The notes beneath the pieces are model-generated. The model had not been told where the DNA came from. It saw only the letters and a program-made list of their open reading frames with translations, and made no database searches. Below are positions 54,391-64,000 of a DNA stretch of 64,000 nucleotides, piece after piece (position 1 is the first letter of the stretch; the number at the start of each line of letters is the position of its first letter). A program made the translations under genes and the position numbers. The DNA is taken from positions 74,710,001-74,774,000 of the forward strand of contig OX597831.1 of NCBI GenBank assembly GCA_951406725.2. Reading direction: 5' to 3'. Origin of the DNA: Octopus vulgaris (lineage: Eukaryota).

Positions 54391-54959
54391 CCCAAACAGA
54401 GAGCGAGAGGGAGAGGGGGGGAGAAGCAGAGAGCACGAACAAGAGTACAACGAACGGGCAAGTGAAGTCTGGATTCGAAGCGAACATCGAATATTTTATT
54501 TAGAACATTGCATTTTCATTCATTAAAGACGTATTAGATAATGAAGTCATAAGAGTTAAATAAATACTTGTTAATAATGGAACATCAGTGAATAAAACTG
54601 GTGAACAATAAAAAAAGCTTAAACAATACATGAACTTAAAAGAAGTTCATTTCATAGAACATAGACATTACACCTAACTGCAAACAATAAGAATAGTTTA
54701 AAAAACTATCACACTTGAAAACTTTTTCTCTACACAAAAACCACAAAACTGAATGTTACAGAACGTATTTCAGACAACCAATGTAGTAAACAAATTTCAT
54801 TGTAAACATGACAGCTACAAACTTCATGATTGTAATTATTGTAACGTATACACAAATATGACATTTTCTTATTTGGTTGATCCTACATTTGCCACAAGAT
54901 GTTATTACAGACATTACGATGCAGCACATAAAACCTATCTATCGCCAATGCTCCTGGTG

Positions 54960-55622
54960 ACTGTGGTAGTCTCTACACTTCCAAATGAAAAGTGTTAGTG
55001 AAGTGGCGTTCTCCCTGTCAATGAAACGAAAGGAGTTCAGATGTCGGAAATGCCGTCATTTGAAGATGTTGGTGGTAGATCCAACAGTTTCTCTGGATAC
55101 CATGTACTGGCGTGGGTACCTCTATATTCCATGGCATTGGAACAATAAAAACGCTTTAGCGAGCAAGAGGTTTTATTATTATTATTATTATTATTTTGGC
55201 AATAGCAAGGCAGTTACTAAAATGGAGGTGGCTACGGAGGCATATATTTTCGGTTGTTATGTTGAAAATTCTAGGCAAAAATAGCTAACCTTAACATTTT
55301 GTATATTGAAAAGTCTCTGGTATTTGTGTGTGGTTGGAATATGATACCATACACCAGATTGGAAGTTCTTAGCAATATTTGTAGTGACTTACATAATCAG
55401 AGTGGATTAAACTAGATTAGCTTCTGTTTGATTGCTCTCTCTGTGTACGGATTAAGCATGGGATCGTCCATATAGATTAACATCTCGCTGAAGGTACTGC
55501 TGGCTGGAGCCTCGTTATAGTTGATGGTTTCCTTGTCAAAAATTTCAGGGCGCGTAGGAAAATCTGTTTATGCTTGATACTGGATAGCTAATTATAGCTA
55601 GAGAAGATTGGAGTTCACGCAG
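54960..55622 (-). pseudogene. Penelope-like element fragment (linker plus GIY-YIG), Naiad-like signature
   Basis: EIFDK..YNEA, FNPL, VTTNIAKNF, HIPTTHKYQRLFNIQNVKVSYFC, VGSTTNIFK*RHFRHLNSFRF...NATSLTLFIWKCRD. Confidence 0.75.
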
Positions 55623-55689
55623 ACATATAATATCTCCTTATCTGGATTCTTATAAGAATGGTGCTTACGTAATATTTAGGCAATTAGCT

Positions 55690-55920
55690 AGCGTTAGGTC
55701 GGTGGAGGAAAGGCGCCAAGATAGCAGAATCATTAGCATGTCGGACGAAATGCTTAGTGGCATTTCTTCCGAATCTTCATTTTCTGATTTCAAAACCTGT
55801 CGAGGGAAACTTTGTCTTTCTTCCCATCGGATATAATTAAAAAGACGTATTAAGTCAAATCCTGGGGTCGATGTAATCGACTTACCTCCTCCTCCTCCTC
55901 TCAAAACTTTAGGCTTTAGA
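55690..55920 (+). mobile_element. SINE family B, degenerate
   Basis: agcagaatcattagc..gtcggacgaaatgc...ctggggtcgatgtaatcgactta. Confidence 0.7.
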
Positions 55921-56424
55921 CCCTGCAACGGACCAACTTCCCATTCGGGGTGGAGGTGGGAGGCGGATGTCACCTTTTCGGTCAGTTAGACACCATGGAT
56001 AGGGGGCAACTGATCTTATGACTGAAGGGCTCAAGAAAACTAAAAATATATATAAAAAAATAAGTTTTAACGGGGATAGTCATATTGAAGTGACGCTCCT
56101 TGTAGACGTCTGTCAGGACCTTTCCGAATTGAGCCATTGTACGACTGTAAGACTGTGATGGCAGGTTCGTTTCCTGAAGATGACAAAGGTAAACTGTATC
56201 GGAACGTCATCTTGTAGCGTTGGCTTGGATCGGAGGTCTACTCGACCAGGGTTAATTTGGAGGCAAACAACAACAACTGCAACAACAAGAACGTCTACTA
56301 CTATCACAGTTAACTATTAACTCTCATCACCGACACACACGGCCACCACCAACACCATCTTACACCGCCTCAACAGCCATCACTTTCCATATCACCACCA
56401 CCACTACTAACACATCGCCAATAC

Positions 56425-56647
56425 CTATTTCTTTACTACCCACAAGGGGCTAAACACAGAGAGGACAGACAAACAGATTAAGTCGATTATATCGACCCCA
56501 GTGCGTAACTGGTACTTATTTAACCGACCCCGAAAGGATGAAAGGCAAAGTCGACCTCGGCGGAATTTGAACTCAGAACGTAACGGCAGACGAAATACGG
56601 CTAAGCATTTCGCCCGGCGTGCTAACGTTTCTGCCAGCTCGCCGCCT
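56425..56647 (-). mobile_element. SINE family B, full length
   Basis: tatttctttactacccacaaggggctaaac...ctgccagctcgccgcc. Confidence 0.9.
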
Positions 56648-57429
56648 TTACCGACACCACCACCATCGCCAATACCAACACCACCACCAACAACAACAAC
56701 AACAACAACAGCAACAACGACAGCACACTGTCACTGTCAACACAATCCCCACAGCCGTATCTCTCACACCCACCACCACCACCACCACCTTACCTATTCT
56801 CTGCAACCACCACCATCACCTTCACAACTACTGTCAACACCATCATGACAACCACCTCAACCACCACTGCAACAACCATTATCATTATTATCATCATTAT
56901 CATCGTCACCACTACTATCACCAAAGCCGCCGCCGCCGCCACCATCTCTCCCTATTGTGAATGTTAAAATGAATTCATGTACAATGTTTCTAACAGTTCT
57001 CATTTAAAAAAGGAATCAATAAAACAATAAAGACAAGGAGAGAGAGAGAGAGAGAGAAAGAAAGAAACTAAAGAGTGAGTGAGAGAGAGAGAGGGAGAGA
57101 ATAGAGAGAAAGAAATATAGTCATAAGTAAGCAACTGTGCGTGTGTGTGTGTGTGTTTGACTGTTGAAGAATCGTCGAGATATTTGTTAGTCATGAGTCA
57201 TCGAGTTGTTAATATTTGGTGGAGCTGAAGACGGATAGGATACCATTACTGCAGTTACTAACACTAGTACCACCACCACCACCACTGGTACTGCTGCTGC
57301 TGCTGATGATGATGATGATAGTACCACTAACAATACCACCACCACCACCACCACCACCACCACTGATAGTACCACAAATACCAACGCTGCCATCTATAAT
57401 ATCACAACTGCTAATAGTACCCCTATATA

Positions 57430-57620
57430 TTGGGTTGAAATTTTGACACAAGGCCAGCAATTCTGGGAGAGAATACCCCCGGTACACAACTTGTACTTAT
57501 TTTGTCGACCCCGAAAGGAAGAAAGACAAAGTCGACCTCGGCGGAATTTGAACTCAGAACGTAGCGACGGACAAAATGCCGCTTAGAAGTTTTTCCTGCC
57601 AGCTACCGATTCTGCCAGCT
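57430..57620 (-). mobile_element. SINE family B
   Basis: caaagtcgacctcggcggaatttgaactcagaacg. Confidence 0.8.
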
Positions 57621-57651
57621 CTTTGCTCTAGTACCAATATATACTACAAGC

Positions 57652-57759
57652 AAAACGTTGATAGTAACTTCGAAGTTCCGGCTTCAAAGTTTCGGCTTAC
57701 CATCAAACTCACTGATGACGGCTGGTAAACTGAAAGTTCGAAGTCACTGTCAACGTTTT
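57652..57759. repeat. Palindromic element with degenerate hammerhead cores
   Basis: arms aaaacgttgatagtaacttcgaagttcc / gaaagttcgaagtcactgtcaacgtttt; CTGATGA-c-ggctggtaaact-GAAA-gttcgaag-TC at 57712-57745. Confidence 0.55.
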
Positions 57760-57789
57760 TCTTGTAAAAATTAATAAATATGTACGCGA

Positions 57790-58740
57790 CATGGTATGGT
57801 TTAAACCCATTGTTTCTAAGTCCTTCCCTATTGGCTTTAGTGTGTCACACTAGATCTCCATATTCTAGGGACGTCACAAACTTCTCCGTTCCCTCAGAGG
57901 TTATCCATTTTCTTCCAGTTCCAGACTTTGGAGGGCAAGAAAGGATGGCGTAATCGTTCGAATTGTGTTGCTTAGCACCGTCCACAACTCACCACCTTTG
58001 TACAGCTCAACTATTGGTCGGCGAGCTGGCAGAAACGGTAGCACGCCGGGCGAAATGCGTAGCCGTATTTCGGCTGCCGTTACGCTCTGAGTTCAAATTC
58101 CGCCGAGGTTGACTTTGCCTTTCATCCTTTCGGGGTTGATAAATTAAGTACCAGTTACGCACTGGGGTCGATGGAATCGACTTAATCGCTTTGTCTGTCC
58201 TTGTTTGTCCCCTCTGTGTTTAGCCCCTTGTGGGTAGTAAAGAAATATATTGGTCGGGTTGGTATTTCTAAAGGACCTTCATTCCTGTACAAAACCGCGC
58301 ATGCAAAGGTCCGTGCAGTCCTAGAGATGATACACTTCTGTTCAGTTATGGCAACCCGTGTCGAAGCGACTTCTTATGACTTCTTAGGGCCCCTTACAAC
58401 ATCAATGGCTACTGCAGTGTAGGGGTACAAAGCGAATTGCAAACACCAGAGTTTGAATTTGTCTGCTGCTAATGTTTTATCGATCACCGAGAGTCCATCC
58501 TCAGCCATTTTCTAATTTTTCGTTTTTGACTTCTATTATTGAGCAATCTGGAATACAGTCTCCGCAGACTCTTCCCAGACTCCTCCGCATCAGCGCGCAT
58601 GACTTCTGCAGTCTCGGATTTCACGTCTTCCTTCTTCCCTTAATGGATGTAACAATGTATGGCTTCTTTGCTTTCAAAACACAATCTTGCCACGGGGCTG
58701 GATTAACTGTCATAAAGGCCCGAAGCACTTAAAAGATATG
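57790..58740 (-). pseudogene. HERO-like (RLE-type) non-LTR retrotransposon fragment, post-RT region
   Basis: KSLRRLYS, DGLSVIDKT, KFKLWCLQFALYP, AVLYRNEGPLEIP, TGRKW, LEYGDLV...REGL, matching the KSLGR, PGKFK.WC.Q and TGRKW signatures I recall for HERO. Confidence 0.7.
58020..58247 (+). mobile_element. SINE family B, full length, inserted in the HERO-like fragment
   Basis: 10-bp TSD tattggtcgg. Confidence 0.9.
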
Positions 58741-58790
58741 AGTAACCACCCCCATATATATATATATGTTATTCAAAATATAAACAATTA

Positions 58791-59190
58791 GGCGCAGGAG
58801 TGGCTGTGTGGTAAGTAGCTTGCTAACCAACCACATGGTTCCAGGTTCAGTTCCACTGCGTGGCATCTTGGGCGAGTGTCTTCTGCTATAGCCCCGGGCC
58901 GACCAATGCCTTGTGAGTGGATTTGGTAGACGGAAACTGAAAGAAGCCTGTCGTATATATGTATATATATATATATGTGTGTGTGTGTTTGTGTGTGTGT
59001 GTTTGTCCCCCTAGCATTGATTGACAACCGATGCTGGTGTGTTTACGTTCCCGTCACCTAGCGGTTCGGCAAAAAAATCCGATAGAGTAAGTACGGGGCT
59101 TACAAATAATAAGTCCCGGGTTCGATTTGCTCGATTAAAGGCGGTGCTCCAGCATGGCCACAGTCAAATGACTAAAACAAGTAAAAGAGT
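58791..59190 (+). mobile_element. SINE family A, full length
   Basis: intact head and tail. Confidence 0.9.
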
Positions 59191-59289
59191 AATTATAAAC
59201 CATAAAGTAATTTTTTTGCTTTTCAAAAAGGAAACAAAATTAACAAAAAGATGGAAAATGTTTATTTTTGTATATTTCCTCTTTATTCT

Positions 59290-59485
59290 TTTATTCTTTC
59301 ATTTGTTTCAGTCATTTGACTGCGGCCATGCTGGAGCACCGGCTTTTAGTCGAACGAATCGACCCTAGGACTTATTCTATGGGTCTCTTTTGCCGGACCG
59401 CTAAGTTATGGGGACGTAAACACACCAACATCGGTTGTCAAGTGATGGTGGGAGGATAAACACAGACACACAAACATACACACAT
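59290..59485 (-). mobile_element. SINE family A, 3' half
   Basis: tgtttcagtcatttgactgcggccatgctggagcacc. Confidence 0.85.
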
Positions 59486-59487
59486 AC

Positions 59488-59539
<52 letters not shown>

Positions 59540-59587
59540 GATATATATATATGTAGATATATATATATATGTGTGTATATATATATA

Positions 59588-59632
<45 letters not shown>

Positions 59633-59651
59633 ATATATATATATATTTATA

Positions 59652-59937
59652 CAGGGGTTGGTCAAAATAATGGAAACACTTAGCATCATAGCATCACAAT
59701 TATGAAATATTTATAAAAGCGTCAAAAGTTTGTTCATTTTTATGTTTTTTGATTTATTATTAGTGTTGCTTAATGTGTTTTGCTAAAATTGCTGTTTCTT
59801 GTCAGATATAATCAGAAAAAGGTAATTAAAATTCATTAAAACTACAGATCTATCGGACTTTCAAAAAGGTCAAATTGTTGGTGCTCGTATGGCAGGTGCT
59901 AGCGTAACGAAAACAGCCGAAATGTTTGGTGTATCAC
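59652..59937 (+). mobile_element. 5' end of a Tc1-like transposon
   Basis: TA|caggggttgg TIR; KTTDLSDFQKGQIVGARMAGASVTKTAEMFGVS (paired-type HTH). Confidence 0.8.
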
Positions 59938-59944
59938 TATGGCT

Positions 59945-60105
59945 CCTTTCCCTTCTGTCTTTCCCTTCAGTATGGTATATTTTGGTACCTGTGCTTCTGC
60001 ATCCTCTATATCAGGGCTCAGATGAGTTTCCACGAGTGCTATGCATAAAGGCTTGATTTCATGCAGCAAGGTCTCTCAGAAAAAGATTTTGCTTTTGTTT
60101 TTGCT
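59945..60105 (-). pseudogene. LINE apurinic-type endonuclease N-terminal fragment
   Basis: IKPLCIALVETHLSPDIEDAEAQVPKYTI (cf. I.ITETHL...I.D.E..IP.Y). Confidence 0.6.
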
Positions 60106-60305
60106 CCGGACAAAATGCTTAACGGCATTTCGTCCGCCTTTACTTTCTGAGTTCAAATTCTGCCGGGGTCGACTTTGCCGTTCACCTTTCCAGGGTAAAT
60201 AAAATAAGTGCCAGTTGAACGCTTAGGTCGATGTCATCGACTGACCCCCGCGCACACACACACACGACCCAGCCCGAAATTACTGGTTTGTTCCAAAATC
60301 TGAAA
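60105..60305 (+). mobile_element. SINE family B, 5' truncated
   Basis: ccggacaaaatgctta.cggcatttcgtccg...gagttcaaattc. Confidence 0.75.
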
Positions 60306-61022
60306 CCAATATTACATACGACAGAACTGTAAAACCATTTTGTTGTTTTAACTGAATACACGCTGCTGAAATCGAGTTGTGTTGAATATGCTTTGCGCCT
60401 TCCATGACATCAAAGATAACGAACCTCCAGCGAAAGACAGTTCGATGGTAATTTTCCAATACGATTAATTTTAAGTTGACCGTTTTCATTATTCTGTCGG
60501 CAGCCAACGATTAATAATAATGTTTCTTGTTCCTTTTGTCTGTGTTCCATGGTCTCATTTGAAGAGAATCTCAAATTGAAATAAAAATAATTAATACTAA
60601 TAAAAAAAATCTATATATATATAGTAATAAAATTCGATATTATTAAAATTGTATTTTACGGCTTTCAAGCTACTGTGCTTCTATATACGCACACAAATAC
60701 ATACACACATACATACATACATACATACATACATACATACATACATACATACATACATACATACATACATACATACGTATGTATGTATCTATGTATGCGT
60801 ATGTATATATATATATATAAATATGTTCATTTATATACTTGTTTGCACATACATATGTATGTGTATGCGTGTGCGTGCGTGTGTGTGTATGTATTCTTTT
60901 ATTCGGTTATTCTTAGTAAGCCTAGTACTTATTCTATCGTTCTTTTTGCCGAACCGCTAAGTTACAGGGACCTAAACATACCAACATCGGTTGTCAAGCG
61001 ATGGTGGGGGACAAACATAGGT

Positions 61023-61090
<68 letters not shown>

Positions 61091-61129
61091 GTGTGTATAC
61101 GTGAGTGATGACCTGCTTTAGCCTGGGGT

Positions 61130-61820
61130 GCTAGTGTCTCTCCTTTCTCAACCTACTATCTTCGGCGTTTGACATTTTTATAGAGAACCCATTTCTCGAC
61201 ACTATTCGGTCCAAAAAAGGTTCATTCATGAGATGTAACAGCAAAGAGCACACATTCACTCTCTACGCGCAATTAGACTCGGAAAGTTTGTGAAGAACCC
61301 ATTGACCCGAAGTGCTAACTTTTCCGGTGGCACGCAAGTGTCGGTGAATGGTTGAATGACCAAATCCAAGCTTCTCTGCTAGTTCCACAACAATTACGAT
61401 GGGATTTTTTTCCGCCAAGGTTTGCAGAACCTCCTCGCCAAGCTCTATAGATCTTCGGGGACGAGGCTCGTCTACTAGGCTGTATTTTTCGGCTCGGAAT
61501 TTCTGGAACCACTGTTGACACACGCTTACGTTTATTGTCCGATCTCCATATACTTCATTAATATTCCTCGCACTTTCCGTTGCGTTGTTGCCTCATAAAG
61601 CAAAATATACCGAATATGCTCCTTTGTCACTTCCACTATAGCTTTGAAAAAATAACTATTGAAATTGAACTGCACTCTTCAAAATTTACACTAAGAATAA
61701 GGACAATGTAAAATTATTACCTACTTTTATAGCAAGTTAATGCAGGTAGTTTACCCCGTTCCCCTCCGTCTTTTAGTTCATGCAATTAAAAAAAACCCTC
61801 ATTATTTATGGGACGACCGA
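61130..61820 (-). mobile_element. 5' half of a mariner element (TIR, 5' UTR, decayed transposase)
   Basis: TIR-like ggtcgtcccataaataatg; EVTKEHIRYILLYE, WFQKFR..SLVDEPR, STIHRHL, GQWVLHKLSE, FLDRIV, EKWVLYKNVKRR. Confidence 0.85.
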
Positions 61821-61875
<55 letters not shown>

Positions 61876-62070
61876 CGTGTGTGTGTGTGTGTGTGTGTGT
61901 ATAAAGTTGTGTTGCAAGATTCCTGATGTAAAACCGTGTATTGAAACAGATATTGTTGAATTTCAGGATGGTCATATGTTTTTTTTTTTTTGCTGTTGTT
62001 TTGCCAAAACGCACTATATATTCGTTCTTCACTCGTTTATTACTGTTCTTATTCTAACTCATGTCCATCG

Positions 62071-62112
62071 TTCGGAAATCTTTCGTCACACATCTGTGAC
62101 CTCTTCAGCAAC
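62071..62112 (-). ncRNA. Minimal hammerhead ribozyme motif
   Basis: minus strand: ttg-CTGAAGA-g-gtcaca(gatg)tgtgac-GAAA-gatt-TC-cga; perfect stem II, weak stems I and III. Confidence 0.6.
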
Positions 62113-62249
62113 ACTTTCTGTCCTTGTGTGTGCTCCTGCTCCACTTAATCCATTTTTTTCTTTTCATTTCTTTTCTTTTCTTTGTACTTGTCTCATTCTA
62201 TCCTTCATATCTGCTAACCTATGTCCCAGCAGCGTTTGAACAATATTAT

Positions 62250-62428
62250 CGACTGCAGCCATACTGGAGCACCGCCTTGAAGGATTTTATTCGAACAAAT
62301 CGACCCCAGCACTTATTTCGTAAGCCTAGTACTTATTCTATCGATATCTTTTTCCCGACTGCTAAATTACGGGACATAGACACACCAACACCGGTTGTCA
62401 AACGATGATGGCGGACAAACACACACAT

Positions 62429-62475
<47 letters not shown>

Positions 62476-62645
62476 CGACGGGCTTCTTTCAGTTTCTGTT
62501 TACCAAATCCACTTACAAGGCTTTGGTCGGCCCAAGGCTATAGTAGAAAACATTTGCCCAAGGTGCCACGCAGTGGGAATGAACCCGGAACCATGTGGTT
62601 GGGAACCATGTGGTTGGGAACCAAGTTCCTTACCACACAACCGCG
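62250..62645 (-). mobile_element. SINE family A, diverged, with tandem duplication of ggaaccatgtggttg
   Basis: sequence similarity to family A. Confidence 0.85.
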
Positions 62646-62663
62646 TCTCTCTTTCTCTCTCTT

Positions 62664-62738
<75 letters not shown>

Positions 62739-62739
62739 G

Positions 62740-62952
62740 TTTCAAATTTTGGCACAACGCCACCAATTTCAAGGAGGTGGGGGGTAAGTTAATTACATTA
62801 ACCCTAGTTCTCAAGTGGTACTTGTTTTATCGACCCCGAAAAGATGAAAAGCAAAGCCGACCTCGGTGTATTTGAACTCAGAATGTTAAGGCGGACGAAA
62901 TGCCACCAAGCAATTTTGTCCGGCTTGCTAACGACTCTGGCAGCTCACCATC
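62740..62952 (-). mobile_element. SINE family B, diverged
   Basis: ttcaaattttggcaca...atcgaccccgaaa...tttgaactcagaa. Confidence 0.75.
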
Positions 62953-63473
62953 TTATGCATCTCCATAATGGAAAGTAATTAATGCAATTAACTGGATTAT
63001 TATTATTATTATTTTTATTCTGTGTTCGAATCCTGCGAACGTCAATTCTATTTTTCAAGTGTCCCAACTAAACGAAATTCGTACCAGTAATATACCAGTG
63101 ATAAACGATGAACAAAAAGCTACATTTTATCATTTCATAATTTCAAAATCTAATTTTTTGTTTAAATAATAAAATATTAATAAACTTTGTTTTAACTCTT
63201 TGGAGGAAGGAGCAAGTCAATTCCAACGATTCTAGTATTCAGCTGGTACTTAGTTATCGACCCCACACGCGAAGATTGAGACGGACCGGCCTCCCGTCCA
63301 GATGGGGAACCTATACGCCAATAAAATCGGGAAAACCCGCCCTTATGAGCCAAACATGGTTCGAGAGGAAGACTACAGCAACACTCGAAGATAACTGGCA
63401 CCGCTAAATTGCAACGCTTTCCACACAATCCATCCATTATTAAAATAAAAATTAGTTTCACTCTTCTTTGGGA

Positions 63474-64000
63474 GCGGCGAACTGGCAGAATCGTTAAGCA
63501 TACCGGGCGAAATGCTCAGCGGTATTTCGTCTGCCGTTACGTTCTTGGTTCAAATTCTGCCGATATCGACTTTGCCTTTCATCCTTTCGGGGTCGATTAG
63601 ATAAGTACCAGTTACGCACTGGGGTCGAGATAATCGACTTACTCCGTTCGTCTGTCCTTGTTTGTCCTCTCTCTGTATAGCCCCTTGTGGATAGTAAAGA
63701 AATGGGTATTTTGTCTGCCGCTACGTTCTGAGTTCAAATTCCGCCGAGGATGACTTTGCCTTTCATCCTTTCGGGGTCGATTAAATAAGTACCAGTTACG
63801 CACTGGCGTCGATATAATCGACTTAATCCGTTCGTCTATCCTTGTTTTTCCTCTCTGTGTTTAGCCCCTTGTGGGTAGTAAAGAAATAGGTAGTTTGTCT
63901 GCCGCTACGTTCTGAGTTCAAATTCCGCCGAGGTCGACTTTGCCTTTCATCCTTTCGGGGTCGATTAAATAAGTACCAGTTACGCACTGACGTCGATATA
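63474..64000 (+). mobile_element. Tandem array of SINE B units (one full plus at least two ~185-bp 5'-truncated units)
   Basis: units restart after agtaaagaaat at ggta..ttgtctgccgctacgttctgagttcaaattcc (about 63705 and 63890); runs off the window. Confidence 0.88.

Noticed and set aside
56174-56212. CTGAAGA-tgaca...tgtatc-GGAA-cg-TC
   Set aside because: GGAA instead of GAAA, no stem I, and an alternative hairpin aagatgac/gtcatctt explains the complementarity
60280-60507. 75-aa non-repetitive ORF
   Set aside because: Non-ATG start, no recognisable motif, runs into a SINE tail, no convincing splice context
63474-64000. Regularly spaced repeats resembling a CRISPR array
   Set aside because: Contiguous SINE units without unique spacers, in a eukaryotic context with no cas genes

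Overview
AT-rich, microsatellite-saturated eukaryotic non-coding DNA; the repeat landscape points to an octopod cephalopod (inference). I see no credible host protein-coding exon, rRNA, tRNA or CRISPR array, and nearly all supplied ORFs are translations of simple repeats or SINEs. The window is a dense mosaic of (i) several tRNA-headed SINE families (my labels A-D), many with clean TSDs; (ii) decayed DNA transposons (DD37D/maT, DD41D-like, mariner, Tc1, hAT- and piggyBac-type MITEs, two Helitrons); (iii) non-LTR retrotransposon relics (R4/Dong-like next to a (TAA)n tract, HERO-like, Tx1-like, an APE fragment); (iv) Penelope-like (PLE) RT and GIY-YIG fragments; and (v) a probable solo LTR. The most striking signal is about 14 type-I minimal hammerhead ribozyme motifs, roughly half near-intact, from several unrelated short non-coding elements that mostly sit beside (TA)n tracts. 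They include head-to-head palindromic units, a tandem ~200-bp family and a recurrent CCGANGA (U4C) core variant. All structures and translations were done by eye, and boundaries of degenerate elements are approximate.
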